Shown piece by piece: positions 12,689 through 24,969 of a stretch of 64,000 nt of DNA. The DNA lies in assembly GCA_964658305.1 (NCBI GenBank), contig OZ210885.1, positions 14,260,001-14,324,000 of the forward strand. Reading direction: 5' to 3'. The first letter of the stretch is position 1; each line of letters begins with the position of its first letter. The position numbers were made by a program, and so were the translations under genes. Below the pieces are notes generated by a model, which had not been told where the DNA came from, did no database searches, and saw only the letters and a list, made by a program, of their open reading frames with translations. Origin of the DNA: Leptogorgia sarmentosa. Taxonomy: Eukaryota.

Positions 12689-14010
12689 CAAAAAACAAGG
12701 TTGCTTCTTCATATATCACTGTTATTAACGGTGTTAGAGAAGTTGGTTTATAGCAAAATTTCACCACATTTAACCAACCTTGATAAATTAAACGCCACAT
12801 CGTCAATGACTCAAAAAAACAAGGTTGCTTTTTTATGAAAGGTGTTAGAGAAGTTGGTTAAATTATAGCAAAATTTCACCACATTTAACCAACCTTGATA
12901 AATTAAATGCCACATCGTCAATGACTAAAAAAAACAAGGTTGCTTTTTGATGAAAGGTGTTAGAGAAGTTGGTTAAATTATAGCAAAATTTCACCACATT
13001 TATCAAACCTTGATAAATTAAACGCCACATTGTCAATGACTAAAAAAACAAGGTTGCTTCTTCATATATCACTGTCATTAACGGTGTTAGAGAAGTTGGT
13101 TTATAGCAAAATTTCACCACATTTAACCAACCTTGATAAATTAAACGCCACATCATCAATGACTCAAAAAAACAAGGTTGCTTTTTTATGAAGGGTGTTA
13201 GAGAATTTGGGTAAATTATAGCAAAATTTCACCACATTTATCCAACCTTGATAAATTAAACGCCACATTGTCAATGACTCAAAAAACAAGGTTGCTTCTT
13301 CATATATCACTGTTATTAACAGTGTTAGAGAAGTTGGTTTAAATATAGCAAAATTTCACCACATTTAACCAACCTTGATAAATTAAACGCCACATTGTCA
13401 ATGACTCAAAAAAACAAGGTTGCTTCTTCATATATCACTGTTATGAAGGGTGTTGGAGAAGTTGGTTAAATTATAGCAAAATTTCACCACATTTAACCAA
13501 CCTTGATAAATTAAACGCCACATCATCAATGACTCAAAAAAACAAGGTTGCTTTTTTATGAAGGGTGTTAGAGAAGTTGGTTAAATTATAGCAAAATTTC
13601 ATCACATTTAACCAACCTTGATAAATTAAACGCCACATTGTGAATGACTCAAAAAAACAAGGTTGCTTCTTCATATATCACTGTTATCAAGGGTGTTAGA
13701 GAAGTTGGTTTAAATAAAGCAACATTTCACCACATTTAACCAACCTTGATAAATTAAACGCCACATTGTCAATGACTAAAAAAACAAGGTTGCTTCTTCA
13801 CATATCACTGTTACTAACGGTGTTAGAGAAGTTGGTTTATAGCAAAATTTCACCACATTTAACCAACCTTGATAAATTAAACGCCACATCATCAATGACT
13901 CAAAAAAACAAGTTTGCTTCTTCATATAACACTGTTATGAAGGGTGTTGGAGAACTTGGTTAAATTATAGAAAAATTTCACCACATTTAACCAACCTTGA
14001 TAAATTAAAT

Positions 14011-17000
14011 GCCACATCATCAATGACTCAAAAAAACAAGGTTGCTTGTTCATATATCACTGTTGTGAAGGGTGTTGGAGAACTTCGTTAAAATATAGCA
14101 ACATTTCGCCACATTGAACCAACCTTGATAAATTAAACGCCACGTCGTCAATGGCTCAAAAAAACAAGGTTGCTTCTTCATATATCACTGTTATGAAGGG
14201 TGTTAGAGAAGTTGGTTTATAGCAAAATTTCACCACATTTAACCAACCTTGATAAATTAAACGCCACATCATCAATGACTCAAAAAAACAAGGTTGCTTT
14301 TTTATGAAAGGTGTTAGAGAAGTTGGTTAAATTATAGCAAAATTTCACCACATTTATCCAACCTTGATAAATTAAACGCCACTTTGTCAATGACTCAAAA
14401 AACAAGGTTGCTTCTTCATATATCACTGTTATTAACAGTGTTAGAGAAGTTGGTTTAAATATAGCAAAATTTCACCACATTTAACCAACCTTGATAAATT
14501 AAACGCCACATTGTCAATGACTCAAAAAAACAAGGTTGCTTCTTCATATATCACTGTTATTAACAGTGTTAGAGAAGTTGGTTTAAATATAGCAAAATTT
14601 CACCACATTTAACCAACCTTGATAAATTAAACGCCACATTGTCAATGACTCAAAAAAACAAGGTTGCTTCTTCATATATCACTGTTATGTAGGGTGTTGG
14701 AGAAGTTGGTTAAATTATAGCAAAATTTCACCACATTTAAGCAACCTTGATAAATTAAACGCCACATCGTGAATGACTAAAAAAAACAAGGTTGCTTCTT
14801 CATATATCACTGTTATGAAGGGTGTTAGAGAAGTTGATTTAAATATAGCAAAATTTCACCACATTTAACCAACCTTGATAAATTAAATGCCACATCGTCA
14901 ATGACTAAAAAAAACAAGGTTGCTTTTTGATGAAAGGTGTTAGAGAAGTTGGTTAAATTATAGCAAAATTTCACCACATTTATCAAACCTTGATAAATTA
15001 AACGCCACATTGTCAATGACTCAAAAAACAAGGTTGCTTCTTCATATATCACTGTTATTAATGGTGTTAGAGAAGTTGGTTTATAGCAAAATTTCACCAC
15101 ATTTAACCAACGTTGATAAATTAAACGCCACATCATCAATGACTCAAAAAAACAAGGTTGCTTTTTTATGAAGGGTGTTAGAGAATTTGGGTAAATTATA
15201 GCAAAATTTCACCACATTTATCCAACCTTGATAAATTAAACGCCACTTTGTCAATGACTCAAAAAACAAGGTTGCTTCTTCATATATCACTGTTATTAAC
15301 AGTGTTAGAGAAGTTGGTTTAAATATAGCAAAATTTCACCACATTTAATTAACCTTGATAAATTAAACGCCACATTGTCAATGACTAAAAAAAACAAGGT
15401 TGCTTTTTTATGAAGGGTGTTAGAGAAGTTGGTTAAATTAGAGCAAAATTTCACCACATTTAACCAACCTTGATAAATTAAATGCCACATTGTGAATGAC
15501 TCAAAAAAACAAGGTTGCTTCTTCATATATCACTGTTATGAAGGGTGTTAGAGAAGTTGGTTTAAATAAAGCAACATTTCACCACATTTAACCAACCTTG
15601 ATAAATTAAACGCCACATCATCAATGACTCAAAAAAACAAGGTTGCTTTTTTATGAAGGGTGTTAGAGAATTTGGGTAAATTATAGCAAAATTTCACCAC
15701 ATTTATCCAACCTTGATAAATGAAACGCCACATTGTCAATGACTCAAAAAACAAGGTTGCTTCCTCACATATCACTGTTACTAACGGTGTTAGAGAAGTT
15801 GGTTTATAGCAAAATATCACCACAGTTAACCAACCTTAATCAATTAAACGCCATATCATCAATGACTAAAAAAAACAAGGTTGCTTCTTCATATAACACT
15901 GTTATGAAGGGTGTTAGAGAAGTTGGTTAAATTATAGCAAAATTTCACCACATTGAACCAACCTTGACAAATTAAACGCCACATCGTGAATGACTAAAAA
16001 AAACAAGGTTGCTTCTTCATATATCACTGTTATGAAGGATGTTAGAGAAGTTGGTTTAAATATAGCAAAATTTCAACACATTTAACCAACCTTGATAAAT
16101 TAAACGCCACATTGTCAATGACTCAAAAAAACAAGGTTGCTTCCTCATATATCACCGTTATGAAGGGTGTTGGAGAAGTTGGTTAAATTATAGCAACATT
16201 TCACCACATTTATCCAACCTTGATAAATTAAACGCCACATCGTCAATGACTCAGAAAAACAATGTTGTTTCTTCATATATCACTGTTACGAACGGTGTTA
16301 GAGAAGTTGGTTTAAATATAGCAAAATTTCACCACATTTAACCAACCCTGACAAATTAAACGCCACATCGTCAATGACTCAAAAAAACAAGTTTGCTTCT
16401 TCATATAACACTGTTATGAAGGGTGTTGGAGAAGTTGGTTAAATTATAGCAAAATTTCACCACATTTAACCAACCTTGATAAATTAAATGCCACATTGTC
16501 AATGACTCAAAAAAACAAGGTTGCTTTTTTATGAAGGGCGTTAGAGAAGTTGGTTAAATTATAGCAAAATTTCACCACATTTAACCAACCTTGATAAATT
16601 AAACGCCACATCATCAATGACTCAAAAAAACAAGGTTGCTTTTTTATGAAGGGTGTTAGAGAATTTGGGTAAATTATAGCAAAATTTCACCACATTTATC
16701 CAACCTTGATAAATTAAACGCCACTTTGTCAATGACTCAAAAAACAAGGTTGCTTCTTCATATATCACTGTTATTAACAGTGGTAGAGAAGTTGGTTTAT
16801 AGCAAAATATCACCACATTTAACCAACCTTAATCAATTAAACGCCACATCATCAATGACTAAAAAAAACAAGGTTGCTTCTTCATATAACACTGTTATGA
16901 AGGGTGTTAGAGAAGTTGGTTAAATTATAGCAAAATTTCACCACATTTAACCAACCTTGATAAATTAAACGCCACATCGTCAATGACTCAAAAAAACAAG

Positions 17001-20000
17001 GTTGCTTTTTTATGAAGGGTGTTAGAGAATTTGGGTAAATTATAGCAAAATTTCACCACATTTATCCAACGTTGATAAATTAAACGCCACATTGTCAATG
17101 ACTCAAAAAACAAGGTTGCTTCTTCATATATCACTGTTATGAAGGGTGTCAGAGAAGTTGGTTTAAATAAAGCAACATTTCACCACATTTAACCAACCTT
17201 GATAAATTAAACGCCACATTGTCAATGAATCAAAAAAACAAGGTTACTTCTTCATATAACACTGTTATGAAGGGTGTTGGAGAAGTTGGTTAAATTATAG
17301 CAAAATTTCACCACATTTAACCAACCTTGATAAATTAAATGCCACATTGTCAATGACTCAAAAAAACAAGGTTGCTTTTTTATGAAGGGTGTTAGAGAAG
17401 TTGGTTAAATTATAGCAAAATTTCACCACATTTAACCAACCTTGATAAATTAAACGCCACATCATCAATGACTCAAAAAAACAAGGTTGCTTTTTTATGA
17501 AGGGTGTTAGAGAATTTGGGTAAATTATAGCAAAATTTCACCACATTTATCCAACCTTGATAAATTAAACGCCACTTTGTCAATGACTCAAAAAACAAGG
17601 TTGCTTCTTCATATATCACTGTTATTAACAGTGGTAGAGAAGTTGGTTTATAGCAAAATATCACCACATTTAACCAACCTTAATCAATTAAACGCCACAT
17701 CATCAATGACTAAAAAAAACAAGGTTGCTTCTTCATATAACACTGTTATGAAGGGTGTTAGAGAAGTTGGTTAAATTATAGCAAAATTTCACCACATTTA
17801 ACCAACCTTGATAAATTAAACGCCACATCGTCAATGACTCAAAAAAACAAGGTTGCTTTTTTATGAAGGGTGTTAGAGAATTTGGGTAAATTATAGCAAA
17901 ATTTCACCACATTTATCCAACGTTGATAAATTAAACGCCACATTGTCAATGACTCAAAAAACAAGGTTGCTTCTTCATATATCACTGTTATGAAGGGTGT
18001 CAGAGAAGTTGGTTTAAATAAAGCAACATTTCACCACATTTAACCAACCTTGATAAATTAAACGCCACATCATCAATGACTCAAAAAAACAAGGTTGCTT
18101 GTTCATATATCACTGTTGTGAAGGGTGTTGGAGAACTTCGTTAAAATATAGCAACATTTCGCCACATTGAACCAACCTTGATAAATTAAACGCCACGTCG
18201 TCAATGGCTCAAAAAAACAAGGTTGCTTCTTCATATATCACTGTTATGAAGGGTGTTAGAGAAGTTGGTTTATAGCAAAATTTCACCACATTTAACCAAC
18301 CTTGATAAATTAAACGCCACATCATCAATGACTCAAAAAAACAAGGTTGCTTTTTTATGAAAGGTGTTAGAGAAGTTGGTTAAATTATAGCAAAATTTCA
18401 CCACATTTATCCAACCTTGATAAATTAAACGCCACTTTGTCAATGACTCAAAAAACAAGGTTGCTTCTTCATATATCACTGTTATTAACAGTGTTAGAGA
18501 AGTTGGTTTAAATATAGCAAAATTTCACCACATTTAACCAACCTTGATAAATTAAACGCCACATTGTCAATGACTCAAAAAAACAAGGTTGCTTCTTCAT
18601 ATATCACTGTTATTAACAGTGTTAGAGAAGTTGGTTTAAATATAGCAAAATTTCACCACATTTAACCAACCTTGATAAATTAAACGCCACATTGTCAATG
18701 ACTCAAAAAAACAAGGTTGCTTCTTCATATATCACTGTTATGTAGGGTGTTGGAGAAGTTGGTTAAATTATAGCAAAATTTCACCACATTTAAGCAACCT
18801 TGATAAATTAAACGCCACATCGTGAATGACTAAAAAAAACAAGGTTGCTTCTTCATATATCACTGTTATGAAGGGTGTTAGAGAAGTTGATTTAAATATA
18901 GCAAAATTTCACCACATTTAACCAACCTTGATAAATTAAATGCCACATCGTCAATGACTAAAAAAAACAAGGTTGCTTTTTGATGAAAGGTGTTAGAGAA
19001 GTTGGTTAAATTATAGCAAAATTTCACCACATTTATCAAACCTTGATAAATTAAACGCCACATTGTCAATGACTCAAAAAACAAGGTTGCTTCTTCATAT
19101 ATCACTGTTATTAATGGTGTTAGAGAAGTTGGTTTATAGCAAAATTTCACCACATTTAACCAACGTTGATAAATTAAACGCCACATCATCAATGACTCAA
19201 AAAAACAAGGTTGCTTTTTTATGAAGGGTGTTAGAGAATTTGGGTAAATTATAGCAAAATTTCACCACATTTATCCAACCTTGATAAATTAAACGCCACT
19301 TTGTCAATGACTCAAAAAACAAGGTTGCTTCTTCATATATCACTGTTATTAACAGTGTTAGAGAAGTTGGTTTAAATATAGCAAAATTTCACCACATTTA
19401 ACCAACCTTGATAAATTAAACGCCACATTGTCAATGACTAAAAAAAACAAGGTTGCTTTTTTATGAAGGGTGTTAGAGAAGTTGGTTAAATTAGAGCAAA
19501 ATTTCACCACATTTAACCAACCTTGATAAATTAAATGCCACATTGTGAATGACTCAAAAAAACAAGGTTGCTTCTTCATATATCACTGTTATGAAGGGTG
19601 TTAGAGAAGTTGGTTTAAATAAAGCAACATTTCACCACATTTAACCAACCTTGATAAATTAAACGCCACATCATCAATGACTCAAAAAAACAAGGTTGCT
19701 TTTTTATGAAGGGTGTTAGAGAATTTGGGTAAATTATAGCAAAATTTCACCATATTTATCCAACCTTGATAAATGAAACGCCACATTGTCAATGACTCAA
19801 AAAACAAGGTTGCTTCCTCACATATCACTGTTACTAACGGTGTTAGAGAAGTTGGTTTATAGCAAAATATCACCACAGTTAACCAACCTTAATCAATTAA
19901 ACGCCATATCATCAATGACTAAAAAAAACAAGGTTGCTTCTTCATATAACACTGTTATGAAGGGTGTTAGAGAAGTTGGTTAAATTATAGCAAAATTTCA

Positions 20001-21875
20001 CCACATTGAACCAACCTTGACAAATTAAACGCCACATCGTGAATGACTAAAAAAAACAAGGTTGCTTCTTCATATATCACTGTTATGAAGGATGTTAGAG
20101 AAGTTGGTTTAAATATAGCAAAATTTCAACACATTTAACCAACCTTGATAAATTAAACGCCACATTGTCAATGACTCAAAAAAACAAGGTTGCTTCCTCA
20201 TATATCACCGTTATGAAGGGTGTTGGAGAAGTTGGTTAAATTATAGCAACATTTCACCACATTTATCCAACCTTGATAAATTAAACGCCACATCGTCAAT
20301 GACTCAGAAAAACAATGTTGTTTCTTCATATATCACTGTTACGAACGGTGTTAGAGAAGTTGGTTTAAATATAGCAAAATTTCACCACATTTAACCAACC
20401 CTGACAAATTAAACGCCACATCGTCAATGACTCAAAAAAACAAGTTTGCTTCTTCATATAACACTGTTATGAAGGGTGTTGGAGAAGTTGGTTAAATTAT
20501 AGCAAAATTTCACCACATTTAACCAACCTTGATAAATTAAATGCCACATTGTCAATGACTCAAAAAAACAAGGTTGCTTTTTTATGAAGGGTGTTAGAGA
20601 AGTTGGTTAAATTATAGCAAAATTTCACCACATTTAACCAACCTTGATAAATTAAACGCCACATCATCAATGACTCAAAAAAACAAGGTTGCTTTTTTAT
20701 GAAGGGTGTTAGAGAATTTGGGTAAATTATAGCAAAATTTCACCACATTTATCCAACCTTGATAAATTAAACGCCACTTTGTCAATGACTCAAAAAACAA
20801 GGTTGCTTCTTCATATATCACTGTTATTAACAGTGGTAGAGAAGTTGGTTTATAGCAAAATATCACCACATTTAACCAACCTTAATCAATTAAACGCCAC
20901 ATCATCAATGACTAAAAAAAACAAGGTTGCTTCTTCATATAACACTGTTATGAAGGGTGTTAGAGAAGTTGGTTAAATTATAGCAAAATTTCACCACATT
21001 TAACCAACCTTGATAAATTAAACGCCACATCGTCAATGACTCAAAAAAACAAGGTTGCTTTTTTATGAAGGGTGTTAGAGAATTTGGGTAAATTATAGCA
21101 AAATTTCACCACATTTATCCAACGTTGATAAATTAAACGCCACATTGTCAATGACTCAAAAAACAAGGTTGCTTCTTCATATATCACTGTTATGAAGGGT
21201 GTCAGAGAAGTTGGTTTAAATAAAGCAACATTTCACCACATTTAACCAACCTTGATAAATTAAACGCCACATTGTCAATGAATCAAAAAAACAAGGTTAC
21301 TTCTTCATATAACACTGTTATGAAGGGTGTTGGAGAAGTTGGTTAAATTATAGCAAAATTTCACCACATTTAACCAACCTTGATAAATTAAATGCCACAT
21401 TGTCAATGACTCAAAAAAACAAGGTTGCTTTTTTATGAAGGGTGTTAGAGAAGTTGGTTAAATTATAGCAAAATTTCACCACATTTAACCAACCTTGATA
21501 AATTAAACGCCACATCATCAATGACTCAAAAAAACAAGGTTGCTTTTTTATGAAGGGTGTTAGAGAATTTGGGTAAATTATAGCAAAATTTCACCACATT
21601 TATCCAACCTTGATAAATTAAACGCCACTTTGTCAATGACTCAAAAAACAAGGTTGCTTCTTCATATATCACTGTTATTAACAGTGGTAGAGAAGTTGGT
21701 TTATAGCAAAATATCACCACATTTAACCAACCTTAATCAATTAAACGCCACATCATCAATGACTAAAAAAAACAAGGTTGCTTCTTCATATAACACTGTT
21801 ATGAAGGGTGTTAGAGAAGTTGGTTAAATTATAGCAAAATTTCACCACATTTAACCAACCTTGATAAATTAAACG
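14011..21875 (+). repeat. 4053-bp tandem duplication (one full and one nearly full copy)
   Basis: ORF pairs 14825/18878, 15305/19358, 15629/19682, 16622/20675 and 17473/21526 are all offset by 4053. Many private variants are shared (ttatgtaggg, gaaggatg, tcagaaaaacaatgttg). Confidence 0.95.
16398..18070 (+). repeat. 851-bp heptameric tandem duplication nested inside the 4053-bp unit
   Basis: ORFs 16622/17473 and 16726/17577 are offset by 851, and again at 20675/21526. Shared variants are cagtggtag, ccaacgttg and ggtgtcag. Confidence 0.9.
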
Positions 21876-24800
21876 GCACACTGTGAATGACTAAAAAAAA
21901 CAAGGTTGCTTCTTCATATATCACTGTTATGAAGGGTGTTAGAGTAGTTGGTTTATAGCAAAATTTCACCACATTTAACCAACCTTGATAAATTAAACGC
22001 CACATCATCAATGACTCAAAAAAACTAGGTTGCTTTATTATGAAGGGTGTTAGAGAATTTGGGTAAATTATAGCAAAATTTCACCACATTTATCCAACCT
22101 TGATAAATTAAACGCCACTTTGTCAATGACTCAAAAAACAAGGTTGCTTCTTCATATATCACTGTTATTAACAGTGTTAGAGAAGTTGGTTTAAATATAG
22201 CAAAATTTCACCACATTTATCAAACCTTGATAAATTAAATGCCACATTGTCAATGACTAAAAAAAACAAGGTTGCTTTTTTATGAAGGGTGTTAGAGAAG
22301 TTGGTTAAATTAGAGCAAAATTTCACCACATTTAACCAACCTTGATAAATTAAATGCCACATTGTGAATGACTCAAAAAAACAAGGTTGCTTCTTCATAT
22401 ATCACTGTTATGAAGGGTGTTAGAGAAGTTGGTTTAAATAAAGCAACATTTCACCACATTTAACCAACCTTGATAAATTAAACGCCACATCATCAATGAC
22501 TCAAAAAAACAAGGTTGCTTTTTTATGAAGGGTGTTAGAGAATTTGGGTAAATTATAGCAAAATTTCACCACATTTATCCAACCTTGATAAATGAAACGC
22601 CACATTGTCAATGACTCAAAAAACAAGGTTGCTTCTTCATATATCACTGTTATGAAGGGTGTTAGAGAAGTTGGTTAAATTATAGCAAAATTTCACCACA
22701 TTTAACCAACCTTAATAAATTAAACGCCACATTGTCAATGACTCAAAAAACAAGGTTGCTTCTTCATATATCACTGTTATTAATGGTGTTAGAGAAGTTG
22801 GTTTAAATATAGCAAAATTTCACCACATTTAACCAACCTTGATAAATTAAACGCCACATCATCAATGACTCAAAAAACAAGGTTGCTTCTTCATATATCA
22901 CTGTTATGAAGGGTGTTAGAGAAGTTGGTTAAATTATAGCAAAATTTCACCACATTTAACCAACCTTAATAAATTAAACGCCACATTGTCAATGACTCAA
23001 AAAACAAGGTTGCTTCTTCATATATCACTGTTATTAATGGTGTTGGAGAAGTTGGTTTAAATATAGCAAAATTTCACCACATTTAACCAACCTTGATAAA
23101 TTAAACGCCACGTCATCAATGACTCAAAAAACAAGGTTGCTTCTTCATATATCACTGTTATTAACGGTGTTAGAGAAGTTGGTTTATAGCAAAATTTCAC
23201 CACATTTAACCAACCTTGATAAATTAAACGCCACATCGTCAATGACTCAAAAAAACAAGGTTGCTTTTTTATGAAAGGTGTTAGAGAAGTTGGTTAAATT
23301 ATAGCAAAATTTCACCACATTTAACCAACCTTGATAAATTAAATGCCACATTGTCAATGACTAAAAAAAACAAGGTTGCTTTTTGATGAAAGGTGTTAGA
23401 GAAGTTGGTTAAATTATAGCAAAATTTCACCACATTTATCAAACCTTGATAAATTAAACGCCACATTGTCAATGACTAAAAAAACAAGGTTGCTTCTTCA
23501 TATATCACTGTCATTAACGGTGTTAGAGAAGTTGGTTTATAGCAAAATTTCACCACATTTAACCAACCTTGATAAATTAAACGCCACATCATCAATGACT
23601 CAAAAAAACAAGGTTGCTTTTTTATGAAGGGTGTTAGAGAAGTTGGTTAAATTATAGCAAAATTTCATCACATTTAACCAACCTTGATAAATTAAACGCC
23701 ACATTGTGAATGACTCAAAAAAACAAGGTTGCTTCTTCATATATCACTGTTATGAAGGGTGTTAGAGAAGTTGGTTTAAATAAAGCAACATTTCACCACA
23801 TTTAACCAACCTTGATAAATTAAACGCCACATTGTCAATGACTAAAAAAACAAGGTTGCTTCTTCACATATCACTGTTACTAACGGTGTTAGAGAAGTTG
23901 GTTTATAGCAAAATTTCACCACATTTAACCAACCTTGATAAATTAAACGCCACATCATCAATGACTCAAAAAAACAAGTTTGCTTCTTCATATAACACTG
24001 TTATGAAGGGTGTTGGAGAACTTGGTTAAATTATAGAAAAATTTCACCACATTTAACCAACCTTGATAAATTAAATGCCACATTGTCAATGACTCAAAAA
24101 AACAAGGTTGCTTCTTCATATATCACTGTTATGAAGGGTGTTGGAGAAGTTGGTTAAATTATAGCAAAATTTCACCACATTTAACCAATCTTGATAAATT
24201 AAATGCCACATGGTCAATGACTCAAAAAAACAAGGTTGCTTCTTCATATATCACTGTTATGAAGGGTGTTAGAGAAGTTGATTAAAATATACCAAAATTT
24301 CACCACATTTAACCAACCTTGATAAATTAAATGCCACATCGTCAATGACTCAAAAAAACAAGGTTGCTTGTTCATATATCACTGTTGTGAAGGGTGTTAG
24401 AGAAGTTCGTTAAAATATAGCAACATTTCGCCACATTGAACCAACCTTGATAAATTAAACGCCACGTCGTCAATGGTTCAAAAAAACAAGGTTGCTTCTT
24501 CATATATCACTGTTATGAAGGGTGTTAGAGAAGTTGGTTTATAGCAAAATTTCACCACATTTAACCAACCTTGATAAATTAAATGCCACATCGTCAATGA
24601 CTAAAAAAAACAAGGTTGCTTTTTGATGAAAGGTGTTAGAGAAGTTGGTTAAATTATAGCAAAATTTCACCACATTTAACCAACCTTGATAAATTAAACG
24701 CCACACTGTGAATGACTAAAAAAAACAAGGTTGCTTCTTCATATATCACTGTTATGAAGGGTGTTAGAGAAGTTGGTTTAAATATAGCAAAATTTCACCA

Positions 24801-24969
24801 CATTTAACCACCCTTGATCAATTAAACGCCACATTGTCAATGACTCAAAAAAACAAGGTTGCTTTTTTATGAAGGGTGTTAGAGAAGTTGGTTAAATTAT
24901 AGCAAAATTTCACCACATTTAACCAACCTTGATAAATTAAATGCCACATCGTCAATGACTAAAAAAAAC

